A stretch of DNA of 64,000 nucleotides, taken from assembly GCA_036172245.1 (NCBI GenBank), contig JAYWIR010000037.1, forward strand, positions 1,674,001 through 1,738,000. The letters are read 5' to 3'. The position numbers and the translations under genes were made by a program. A model generated the notes under the pieces. The model did not search any database. It was not told the DNA's origin and saw only the letters and a program-made list of their open reading frames with translations. Positions 49,501 through 61,739 of this stretch are shown in pieces (positions within the stretch are counted from its first letter, which is position 1; each line of letters begins with the position of its first letter). The DNA is from Raillietiella orientalis. Lineage: Eukaryota.

Positions 49501-49979
49501 TCCCTTCCCTCCCCTGGTCTTCCTGGAGCGACAGAAACGAACCCTCGCATCCCCCTGACGGATCTGCTCCGAAATCTCTCTCGGATGCATTCTCTCTACC
49601 TCTTTTTCTTCCTCTCTGCCGCTCCGTGCAGCTTCCTGAGAGAGGGAGAAGGTGACGCGTCCTCCGAACGCACTTCCCTGGGCTTACGGACTCAACAGCA
49701 GTCCTTTCTCCCCGTTTCTCTCCCTTTCTGCTATCGGTTCAGAGGCTGAGCGGTCGATCCCAGGATGGAATCCCAGCCTCTGGACCGATCGCAGGAACTG
49801 GTGACGAGTGTCCATCTTCACCGTGAAAAGATAAGAGCTAAACCGCGGTTGACCAGCATCCGGATGGACCGCGACTTGCCTTCCGTGTGCGCCTCCTTCC
49901 CCCTTCCCTCTTCCTCTTCCCTCCCCCAGCGCCTCGCGTCAAAAGAAATGTATGGATTAGTCTCGCTCCGCGCCGGGAT

Positions 49980-51900
49980 GATGTGTCATCGTTTATACTT
50001 ATCAGGGGATATCTGAGGATCCGTTCCCTTGGAAATGCTCTCCGCCCCGGTCCCGCAATTAGCACGGGGAGAAAGCGTCGCAGTTCTCGCGTTATCGGCG
50101 TCCAGCGCTGCTGCTCCCGGGCCCGGCTGGCCACTCTCCGAGAGTTTCCCCGTCTCGGGAAGGCAGGATGCTGAGCTGCTCTCCTCGTCGCTCCCGTGGT
50201 GCCGCCCGGCGAACGCGCGAACGCCCGGAGGCAGTCTCCGGGCACGGCGGCCTCCCTAGCGGAGGAGGGTAGCCCTCGGACGTCTTGCCGAAACCTCCCC
50301 GCAGAGGGAGCGGCTTCCGGGCGCGGCGAAAGTGTCTCTGGCGGAGCGCTCGAGGAGACGCGTGCGGCTCCGCTTTCCAGAGATCGCCGCCGGGAGGCAG
50401 CACCAATCACCGGGACAGTAGCCAACAGCACCTTCTTTCCCTTCCTCCCTCCCGCGTCTCTCCCGAGCCGCGGCCGCATCTTCTCTCTCGTGACGGGGCT
50501 GCTGCTGCTGCTCAGGAACCAGGCGGTCCCATCGCCAAGTCCGTGCTACGCGGGATCAGCCATTCGATCGTGGGAACGAGAGCAGCGGCGCTTCTCCCGC
50601 TCCATCACGAGAAGACGCCCGGAGCATCTCTCGAGAAGCTCTGCTCGGCGGTCGGGCTAGCGGAGACGCCCCATTGGGCGAAGCGTCTGATCGATGATCC
50701 CTCCGGCCAGGTGCGTGCACGAAGGGATGGTTCCGTACGCCAGGGTGCGCCCCCCGAAGGGCGGGAGCAGGGACGCGGGATGACCCGCTGCGACCCGCGC
50801 CTGGGGCAGCGGTGCCTGACCCTCCTCTTCCCGCCCCGTCACGGCTGCCGCCGCCAACCCGCTCGTGAGGTAGTTCACAGGATGCTACTGCTCCGCGGAA
50901 ACGAAAACGCACTGCCTCCGGACGTGCGCGCCTTCTCCGGGCGGCACCATGGGAGCGACGAAGAGAGCAGCTCAGCTCGATCAGCATCCTGCGCCCGGTG
51001 GCGCGCGCGCGGGGAAACCTCCCTTCCCCCACCTCCTTCGCCCTCGAGAGGAAGACCCGCTTATCCGGTTTCAGCTAATGCAATTAGCCATTATCGATCT
51101 GCTCCGCGGAAACCGTAAGATGAAACCTGCATCTGGACCCTTGGAAACCGACGGCGATGCAGCGAATTAGATTCCCGTCGTCACAGCAAGTTTCGCGCAG
51201 CAAATATCAATTTATCACTTCATCCCGTTTCTAACCGCAGGGCAAATCGAAGCCGGTTCTGATGATCACCACGGGTTCCGACCCCATGAGCCGTCGTCAA
51301 GTGGCAGCCGGTCACCGCTCAGAGCCCAAACTGAAACCCCGTTGCCTTGGGAACGAAGTCCGAGCAGCCCGCTCCCTGTTTGTGGCGAAAGGAAAAAAGT
51401 GGAACCGCTTTTTGGATCTTTAGGGTAAAAAAAGACAAAAGAAGCTCTGTTTTTATCCTTGGAAACTCCCTCATGAGCTGAATGACTCCTCGGGATTCTC
51501 TCAGCTTCCGACTCTCTTGGAGCGCGAAACCGAGGCGAAGTTCGCGCAGAAGCCTCACTGGCGTCTTCGCGGGGCGCGCCCACTCCCCTCTTGGAGCCTC
51601 CTGTTCTTCGCTCTTCCGCCGCCGCCATCGCTCCGCGAACGCTCCACCGGGATGCGATGAGACTCCGCTCCCGGTATCCACGAACGCACCAACCTTTCCC
51701 AGATTCGAGGACAGAGTGGTCTCCGACCCTCTTCCGTGGAAACGTGCGCACTTCTGCTTGCGTCCGCGTGCTTCGTCGTGCACCCACGGCACTCGGGCCA
51801 GAGCAACTGCGTGTGGAGCGAATCCCAAATTGCCTCTCCTCCTTCGAAACCTTAGGTGGGATAACATGTTTGTTCCCGATGCTCTTCACCAGCTACCCAA
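49980..51900 (-). mobile_element. GC-rich decayed L1/Tx1-like ORF2 (endonuclease end, linker, RT)
   Basis: Ordered motifs VGDHSV..GKGW...SLI (SDH..GxGxW..SLL), HPASLLPPFGGRTL (HPDQxGFxxGRxI), LLVMEREK...HGLG (LLxLDxEKAFD...GFG), RERRCCWLLS (RGxRQGCPLS), FRQDV (YADD), LRAFARSPG (LxxFxxxSG), QRWTPI...PGR (NW...LSxxGR). Confidence 0.6.
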
Positions 51901-53926
51901 GGGCCTACGTTTTTGATGTGTATCAGGCTGATTTCGTATCACGTCTTGTCATGCCGGCGCGGGCATGGTTACGGCTTCAGGAATCATCGCGGCACGCACA
52001 CGAGTACGAAGATGACAGTACACTCGAATCGGTTTGAGTACAGCGATGCAAAAAGGCTCGTTCTCTGCTCCCAGAGACATCAAACCTGCTTTCATAAGTT
52101 TAAGATCCACTCGAGAAGCTGGGAATCATTTATTACCAACTTCTGACCTACATGCCTTAAAGTCCTGCACCGGGCATGTTCAATGAAGAACTGCTGATAA
52201 TCGCACGTATAAACAAGGGCGTACAATAACCCGAGCGTCTTCCTGTGCTCCTAAGCATAATAGCAAATAGTGAGCAATTTATGTGAGTTAGTTTCGTGAA
52301 ACGATGCACTGTGTACGTGCACGTGGTGAGTGAGCAGCTGCCCAGCTATGGATTGCAGCCATCTTGAATTCTGACCTCAGTGGAAGGCAGTCGGAATGCA
52401 AAATGGAACTTTTCTTAGATCGGTGTCACTTTTCTCACAGCGTGAATAAAGGCCGTATTTTGGCACCAAACAGAGCAGCATTGCCAACTCCAAGTAGTTT
52501 TTCATAACTTTTTTTTCGTTTGCCATTATGGAAAATAGCGAAGCCACAGCTTGACCTGAAAGAAGACTTCATTTATTTTCTTTCCTTTTTTCTAAAGAAT
52601 TTAGATAAATCCAGCTCGCAGAAAACACAGCGCATTCAAAGAAAGGATCTTTCATGAGTATTGATCTTGGGAGGGATTTTAGGATCTTAATTCATCATGT
52701 GCAATGCACAGTGAGCAATAGGATTTATTCGTTATCTCCCAAGGAAGTTTTTTTTCCCCTTTTCTGGGGAATGCACTTAAATAAGTTGGAGTCTGGCCTC
52801 ACCCTCATCGGTTGGCAAAAACGGAACAATTCAAATTAATCATTATTTACGGCTTAATCTCTACACAACTTTGAACATTTTGATGAATACATTACACCAG
52901 TTTAGAGAGAACCGCCTTCGTAGTTCTTGCTGTTCTACTGCTAGGCTTGCTAAAACTGCCACTCCATCATCAATGACTCCTTCCGCAATTGCTTTCTGGG
53001 GATTACTAGAATTAATAGAAAGTGGATTTACTTGAGTAGTGGCAATCGATAAAGAAGTAGGCAGCGATTTTCCGTGATTACCACCACGCATATACGAAAG
53101 AAACGGATGCGGAACTTTTGTGCACTTCTCGATGGAGTATGCGAGGCAAAAACGCACACGAGAGAAGACGTTTGAAGGACGGTGTCACGAGATGGATGAA
53201 ACGTGGTAACTGCGTGCGAGCACTCTTCCGAGTTCTGGAAAGCCCACCGAAAGCTGCAATCCCGTCTTTGGTTTGATACGCACATTTCGAAAAATAAATA
53301 GTTTGCCAGTTATCTGTCTTTCCTCCAAAGCTGGGATTCGGATTGTCCTCTCGTGTATTTTTCATACAGTTCGGGAGGAATTTGGATTGGTATTATTTCT
53401 TGAAGTACTTTACATTCGAATAAGTCTCGCATTAATCATAAAGTTTGAAGCATGTTCGCACATCTTTTAAGCTGAGCTGTACATTTCTTCCATTGGAAGA
53501 AACAAATAAAAAGGATAAATCACTTATAAACCCTAAAGGCCCATTTGTAATTTCACCTCGAGCCATTTGTCATTTCCATTATAAATGTGTCCCATAAGCA
53601 TTTATATGTGGAACCGAGTTCCCTGCATTCTTATGGGGGCAAAAAGTCCTTAACTGTTGGGAACAGCTCTTGGAATTTCCAACTCAAACGACTAGGTCTG
53701 CTGCCAGGGCTTGCCGCTCTATTTCTTAACGAGTGCTGTCTCTCTTTCTAAAAATGGAAAGTTCCAGCCGGAACATTCTCTTGGCGCGGGAGGGCTTCCC
53801 GCTCCTCACCTGACTAAAGCACTAGATGAAGATTTGTCATAGCTTCTTAGGGCTTGATGGAATCCCTTCTTCACAAATGGCCGTCGGGCAGTGCAACTGA
53901 ACGCTGCACAGTCCTCTCTTTCACAG

Positions 53927-54230
53927 GAGGAAGATCTCGGGGGGGATCAAATGATTAGGAATGATTACAAAGCGAAACGAATAAATGGCTGCTCCATGCT
54001 TTCCTCGGAAAAACTCCAGAGCAAAAAAGCGGAAAAAGGAACAGAAAGAGTAACAGTCGCATTTAAGAACTTCTACAGCAAACGTGGAAGCCACTGTCTT
54101 GCCTCTCTTGACCGGGAGATTTTTGCGTGACACCTGCGTCATCCGGAAAATAGGAAAGCAAGCTCGCCCTCTTCTTGCCTCCTTATGGAACTCAAACCCA
54201 GAATGGGATTCTTCCTCCCATGAAGGCTGT
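53927..54230 (+). mobile_element. CR1-like post-RT fragment
   Basis: EEDLG...NDYK...KKA...VAFKN...LRHPENRKAS resembles ERDLGV..DLK...KA..LG.I.R.F...VRPxLEYA. Confidence 0.4.
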
Positions 54231-56449
54231 GCTTGGGCGTAGCTAATCTTGCGATCAAATTTAACAAATTCGAACAGGCGCACAAGTATGTGCATCCACG
54301 ATCGTATCCATTTTCAAACACATAAATGCAAAATTTCGTGCACACGTGAACACGTGTACCTACTCGCACGTGTATCCTGACATGTATCTGTCGATGCGTA
54401 TATTGTTTTTATTGTTCTACTGTATCTGTGAAATTGCGTCCAAATAGTAACCACGCACCTTAACACGGCTGGAACATCGAAGATCCTGAATGTCTGCTTG
54501 CAAGCATAAAAAACCATGAATTGAAATATGGAATATCTGTCTTCCAAAGTGCAGTGCATAAATTGCATTTAGCTTTCCACTTAAAGTGACTGACTGTCAC
54601 CTCACACGGAGGAGAACCAGGAAAAGCTCACTGGACTCTGGGCTGCCTGGAATAAGCGATTATCTATTCAGTCCAAACCATTCTTTGCTCTGTCGAAAAA
54701 CATTACTAGAAAGAATGTCTGTCACATGTATGTAGTGCATATATATAGGCTTTGTACTTTATGGGGATGTTCTGAGCACAAATTGAATTTTTCAATGAAT
54801 GGAGGTGCAAGAGAAATGCGTTGCGGTATCAATTCGGGAACCCCGCTTAGAGGGAAAAATAGGTTTCTCATTGTAATAAAATGGGAGTTGATGAATATGG
54901 GAGACAAGGAATGAAACCGAAATGATGCGGCTCTTTATTATTCTAACCTCTTTCGTGAAAACAGCTGCAGTGAACTGATTATAATAATCCTTAAGTCATT
55001 TTCAAATATCTGAAGCAAGGCTTCAAGATTATCGTGCGGCTCTTTCTCGCACGCAGTTCGTTCAAGAATAAATGGAACCCAGTGCTTGGTCCATCCAAAG
55101 GACACTGCAATGAAATTTCAGTCTTCTCAAGAGAACTTTTCATAAAATGCCTGTTAATCAGTGAGAAATAAAAGGAAAGCGCTCCAGAAGTTTCATGATC
55201 ACCTAGCAGGCATTTTAAAACAAACACAATAGCAATTCGTTCAACGTTCTTGTGATCGTATATTCACATACAAACATATGTGCTTCTAAAATGTAGCCCT
55301 AAAATATATATTAAACAAAGCTGCTATGAAGATACAAAGGATGCGTGCAAATGAATATCTCATCAAAATACTCATTGCCTTGGTACATACGGATAAGAAA
55401 TGTTGAATCTTATGCATGTTTTCACTCATTCTGCACTAGAAAGAAAGAAAGAAGGCACTAAAGTGTTGCTCATGTGTACACGCACGTGTTTATATGTATC
55501 GGGAATTACTCGGAGCGAACTTCCGGAACTTCACCCCAGCAAAAACATGTATAAGCTCACAAAAAACCACAAAAAATAATTCGAAAATAGTACATTTTTT
55601 GGTTCAGATGTTAGGGTTTTGTTTCATCTACGTATCCCACACACATCTCCATCGTGATCTGATTTCTCAAATTGATTCTTCAGATTGATCTGTGGTCCAT
55701 TAGCTACAAAAGCAACTGTTTCACCCTTTGATTCCGTCAAGTGGCCAAAGATCGTGTACAAACGATCCCTTCTTACCTCTGGATTTGATCCTTCAAATCT
55801 TATTCAGTCCAGTCTACTGAACCCAGCGAATTAGTATGATTTGGTAATCACGAAATGCTGTTTCCATGCCAATTGAAGTTCCTAGAAAGTGAATCTGCCT
55901 GAGCGAAAAGAGCTTTCTGATCAAGTAGTGAGCATCATTAAAGCACAACCTAAATGGGTTCAGTTCCCTGTATTGTCCCTAAATTTCATAGAGCTCATAT
56001 AGACACCATCATCCCTACTTTGTGCAATTTGTTAGCAAATTGCACATTTGTCCAACCGTATACTGGAAGGATTCGGTACTCCAATAGTGTGCCTACACTT
56101 TGATGCTAGTCAAAAGGTCGAGAAACCATGGAAAACTGAACTCGAGAGAACGACTCTGAATATTTTTTTATATGTGTGTTCAGTGCATGCTTTTTTTTTT
56201 TTCTGTTTTTGGAGTTTTTGATGTGAGAGAAACGGACGCTTCTGATTCTTAATGGCTAGTTCATTTGCTATCTTGATATGAAGGATGCTCACGGAAGAAG
56301 CAGTGACTGCATTTTTTTCGCCAGTTGCAGAGCATCCGTTTACATTCTCAACATGTGTTTGATTAGTAATCACAATGCTCTAATGCATCTTCCGCTTACT
56401 GACGACATTTCCACCCTACTTGTGAAATATTAGCTGCAAAGAGTCCTGA

Positions 56450-57660
56450 TTGAAATCTCGGAGCGGAGTGATAGGAGTACTCTCAACACAGGTCTCGAAT
56501 TTCAGTGGAACACATATGCAAAACCGATTCGAATAGGGAGCACTTTTATGTGGATATGAGCGTGCCATTGAAAAAATCTGGAGCGCAGTGATTCTCAACC
56601 TGGAACTTCCTCTGTAAAATTTCAACTTCACGATGGCAACACTTTGAATGGGAAGCTAATTCCATCACCTTCCTCAAGCCCCTGAGCGATGTCTGTGCAG
56701 ACGGCATGAGGAACGGATCCTTGACTGATGAAGAATTCCTAGATCTATACAAATCTTGACCCTGCGGACTACAAACAGACTGTTTCGTCATTTTTTCGTA
56801 CTTTCAATCAACAAGAAAGGAACAAACTACGATTTAGAAAGAATTCCGAAATCATTTGAATCCTTTGTACGACGGGATCTTGAAAACCGGATTTTATCCA
56901 AACACAGGAAACAGATGGAAGATTCAGGTTCCAGAGATTACAAATGTCATACAAGGTCGCTGTGCTACCTTGAGTTGATAAATGTCAAGTTACTCAGTTT
57001 GCACTGAAGCTTTTGGAATTTCATCCGAGCACCCTCTACACGAATCAAGCACAAGAGAGGAGGTTACTTTCTCAAGAAGTGGAAAGCAGATAGGAGGAGG
57101 AGCTGATGGAAAGCTCTACCAAGAATTTCTCAAGGAGTATTTCTTCCTAGGATAAGGAGCTCTCAGAAAAACTGCAAGGTCCCGTCTTGTGCCTGTTTGA
57201 GAACTGGGAATGAAGTCGTTGCCAAGGGTGGTGAACTTCCCAGGATGGTTGGAATAGAAACTTGCGTGAACGACCAAGAGCTGAAAATCTCGATGGAGAC
57301 ACTCGGTCCGGAAGGTGAGCTTCAGAAGTTGCGGCCCCCTTTTCTAACCACGTTCTGTTCCGATCCCTTGAACAATCCATCCAGAAAGACTGCATCTCAG
57401 CAAAGGTTCTTCATTTGATAGCATCCGTTCCAGGTGAAGTCTGGGAAGGGAGACAGGGAATCGTGTTCTTCCGGAAGAAATGGTGCAACTCCTAACCCGT
57501 GGCTTGTTGAGAAAATTGTGGATGCTAACGTTTCGTTGATTCCAGAAGACGTTGCCGATCCTTTCATGGGATGCAGATTTATAGGAAAAGCAAACTGGGA
57601 TGGAATGGTGACTAATCTCTGGTTCGCAGGAAAATGCCAGAAAGTAATGCAAAGCCATAA
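56450..57660 (+). mobile_element. Decayed ORF, probably an unclassified DNA-transposon protein C-terminus
   Basis: About 1.2 kb of near-continuous reading broken by stops: TTNRLFRHFF, VTFSRSGKQ, DPFMGCRFIG...LWFAGK. From memory this resembles a hypothetical-protein family common in marine invertebrate genomes. Confidence 0.3.
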
Positions 57661-58259
57661 AAGAACGCGGTGCTGTGTTCATCGTCAGTACACTCGCAGG
57701 CACTTCTCTGAATGAAATCGTTCCTGCAACATAAATCTGAATGTGAATGCTTTAGTGCATCTTTTCTCAGGATATGTAAATTGCGTAGCAGAAAACATTG
57801 CAGGCACTTGGGATCATCTACGAGATCATTCGAGAATCTGAAATCAAGACAAAGAATCAAAACTCTGCCCCTTCAGCTTTGAAAATTGGATCCCGCAAAT
57901 CTGCAATTAGCTAATGTTTTTTGAAAAGCCTCAGGAGCATAATTGCTCAAAAGAGTACGTTTCAATTTATCGGATTACTTGAGCATGTGAGAACGTGAGT
58001 ATCATGCGCTCCGAGCTACGTTGTTACTGACGTGAATCTTAAATGAAAATTTCCGCAAAGGCACAGGACTCCAAAAAAGATCCTGAATTGCCAATGAACC
58101 TGCAGGATTTAGATGGAAACCTAGCATTCTATTTACTCCCTCTTGTCCTTGTTTTTCGGAATTCCTTTTATTTTTTTTCTTTTTGCATGAAAAGTTTCGT
58201 GAAACTGGATTTGAGATTGAAAGATGGTTTCAGTTTAGATGAAACTCCTGAAAGCAGAT

Positions 58260-58800
58260 GTCAGTCTTGCTACCGTGGAAGGTAATTTCTTGGACAAGTT
58301 TTCTTATAAATGCCAAGTACGAGTTATACCGACCAAATCACAATGGGCTACTTTATTTATGCACGTTCATATGGTACGTGGATGGCAATCCGATCATTAA
58401 GCAAACTGTTTCGTCCCACTCATTTTGCATTTCACCTGTTTCATCTTATCATCCATCCCACTATTCGTATTGTACTCAGTCGCCTTGGAAACCCAGCCCG
58501 TGCTTCCCGGGTTCGGAATAGTGCTGCGGACGGATAGGTTGCGTACACTTATGGAATCGCCTTACGCTTTCACGTTGATCATAACAACTTCCTTTTCGTG
58601 CCATGTGTTTTCTCTTCTATTTGACGATTAGTTTCAGTGGCTTTTACTGCACGATAGAAGCTTTTCTACGAAAATATCCATTCATCTTTGCAAATGATTT
58701 CTTTTCCCATAGCAGCCTCCGTTGGTATAGCGAAACTGGTTTTCGAATCACCGCAAAATTTTTCGAAACAACTTTCTTTACGGTTTGTCGGGAATTTTGC
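58260..58800 (-). mobile_element. Tc1-like transposase remnant
   Basis: NGYFRRKASIVQ*KPL (GxxxRxAxKKPxL), TIRIVGW (SxMVWG) and VKCKMSG (VxGxMN). Confidence 0.4.
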
Positions 58801-58869
58801 TTCCTTCCGGAGGATGCATTTTTTTGTTTTTTTATTTACCCTTCGTGCTGAAGCTCTTGCTTCAGTCCG

Positions 58870-59440
58870 AATCCCGCCGCTCTGACTCTTGGGGCACCGC
58901 CGGTAATATCAAAGTCTCTGAATGGTGGCATTTGAACTCCGTCCGTTTCAACACAGTAATAAAGAGGAAATTGGATCGTAAAAGATCAAATTCAACTTCC
59001 GGAGATTGAAATGCAACGTCCCGCCAGACGCGGGACAAAAAGGACTTTTAGGAGCACACATTCCTGATAATCAGACTGGATGGGAGCTGGTGCGAGAAAA
59101 CGGTTCCGCCATCATCGGCATGGATGTATGGCGGCCGTTCCTTTTTTTTTCATCTCCGGATCCATCACGAGTTATTGCAGATGTTTCGTTTCTCAGTGCA
59201 AGTTTACACCCCTCGACAAATAATCATAAAGGTATGCCCAGTGATCAACGACCAAAACTTTCCGATTCTTTTTTTTTTCGATGCCTCCCGCAAGCAACAA
59301 GATCCTTGCTGGATGAGGGAGGATCCCTCGTAGCGAAGGACAGCATTTGGGAAGCATCGAGGACACTGCTAGATCGAGAACAACGTTAACGGAGGGCTGG
59401 TTTTGCAGATTTTCAGATTTATTTAAGGGGGTTATCTCCA
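58870..59440 (-). mobile_element. Decayed LINE: SGNH-esterase C-terminus plus start of endonuclease
   Basis: AVSSMLP...VVDHWAYLYDYLSRGVNLH (ISxxLP...IDxW...RDGxHL), then LIIRNVCS and KSQSGGI (NxxSL...RGGGV). Confidence 0.5.
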
Positions 59441-61739
59441 AAAAAAAATAAAAAAAAAGGAAGAAATCTCAAGGTGCTTGTTCAATTTATTATTAATTGA
59501 TAGTGATTGATAATCTATTTACTAATAATAAATTATTCATCGGTGGTTTATCATTGTACGCATCAGTCCGTATGGAAGATTTTGCAGAGGGAAGACGGAA
59601 TCACATCTTCGAAAGGAAGCTGCAATGAGTATTATGATGGGTTCTCTTTGACTGCTGCTCTTGAACTTTTTACCGAATAAGCAGTGGCAAAGAAGGAATT
59701 GAGTAAGAGGGAAACAAAGGGAAGGAAAGATCGACTCCACTCTTAGGGTGGATGCTCAAATGTACATCCAAGAGCCGAAAAATGGAAATGAATGCTGATG
59801 CAAACTCGTACGAAGACTGCAAGGATTTTAGAAGTGCAGTCAAGTCAAGGAAGCTTTCTAACGGGAGGGAAAAGTAAGGACACTGCCCAACCAGTATGAA
59901 TTGTGTTTGTCCTTAGTTTCCAAGGTTATCGCGGAAATGAAAATATCAAGAAATAATCACCTACACACCAGCTTGCTTCGTTTCTGAAATTTGTGTAGCT
60001 GCATATATTCGAGTTCCGAGTACTTTGAAGGGTTCCGATTTTTTGAAAATGTGCCCGAGGCATCAATCATTAGGTATGTACTGTGAAAAGATTAATGCTC
60101 ATTAATAAATCATGGGCTGATATCAGTTGACGTAGCAAAGAGTTCGTGAAGTGTGCACAGATGGCTTCTGATTCGATTAGTAAGAGGATCGGAAGAACCA
60201 CTTCAGTGAGAAACAAAATGTGCTACATACGAGGGAGATGAATAAGCACTGAGCGAAACTTTTTCATCTGGACTGTTGCAGATTCCATTCATTATAATTT
60301 GCTGGTCGTAACGATCTCCGTGATCCGAAATGACACTTTGAATGTCACAACAGAAAAGATGAGAAAACAATTACGAAGAGAAAATCAAGATAGCAAAATA
60401 AACAGAAGTTTTTAGAGTTTAAAATGATATATAACGTGCAAATGGGATGGGAAAAATATTTACGTTTAATTATTGGCAGTTACAAAAGCTATAGAATGGT
60501 AAGTACAGAAATACGAATTGCTTGAGATGAAGGCGTACGAGAGCAAGGCAATGGAAGCTCTGTGATTCGATAGCTACAGCCAAACACACTCATGAAGATA
60601 TTAGGCAATTAAGGAGCTGATTTGCAACAATATCGAAAGGGAAGCGCTCTGAGCAGCATCAATACTTTTAAGAGATGAGGCAGTCGTACAGATTATGAAA
60701 AAATTTGATCCAACTTCAAAGAGACTTTCTTTGACGATAGGTCCTTTAAGAACCATCTAAAAACATCATCGTTTCTTTTGAAGGGCGAACATAATGAAAA
60801 GAATAGTCTGGTTTAGAGGATTCGTTATTGATGGAAGACAAACATGACATGTACCAGATCTTCTTCTTCGTCTTTTGTCTTTCTGAGAAACATTTCGAGA
60901 TCTTTGTTCCAATTACTGAATAAAAAACCACCTTGTCATCGAGCGATTCTGCTGGAACTTTACTTGCAAGATACACTAGTGCAATTGCTTTAATAGAACC
61001 TTAGTTTTCATGCACTTGGTCGCCTCTGGACCATCCCTTTCCTTTTGGTTTTGTAATCATATCCCTTATCTTGGAACATACGAGACTCGCCGCACCTAAA
61101 TATATGCCAAGATAGCAGTTTCTTGATCGAGGTGTGCAGATTTAAGATATCATTGACACAGCTGGCGCCTGCAATCGCGAACTGCCCAATCAATGGGACA
61201 TATGGAATCCTCACCTTAGAGGATCCAACTTGAGTTTAACCAGAGGAGGAAGCATTTCTCGGATACTTAAGTGTTTTCGTTCTGAAAAGACTTGGCAAGA
61301 AATCAGATCAAATCCTAACGGACATAGCAGAGAAGACAATTTAAGCAAGCAGCTTTTTTATAATCCATTACCTTTTGGGGAAAAAAAAACCCAGCTCGGT
61401 GGAATGTGACCAGTCTTGATTTATAAATGAAGGAGCAAAAGTCCCTGGCTCATCATGATTCAACTTCGTGCTACAGAAGATTTCAAATAATGGAACTTTA
61501 ACTGTGTATGAAACCTTATTGCTGTATCAGTGAGCTTTAATACACAGCTAACGTGCATACATAGAGAGCACTTGAGATGTCAGAAAACCATAAAATGTCC
61601 CCGTAGTAAGGAATGGCTAGAAATCCGTGCTTTTTTCCTTTGTAACGGCTGGTCGAAGAGCCGCCGCTCCATAAAAGCGTGCGAATAAAGGAACGGAGGA
61701 AGGAACGGAATGATATGTGCTTCTATGAACTCCACGGCA

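Noticed and set aside
50520..50800. MADF/Myb-like domain on minus strand
   Set aside because: The same residues fit the ordered L1-type RT motifs better.
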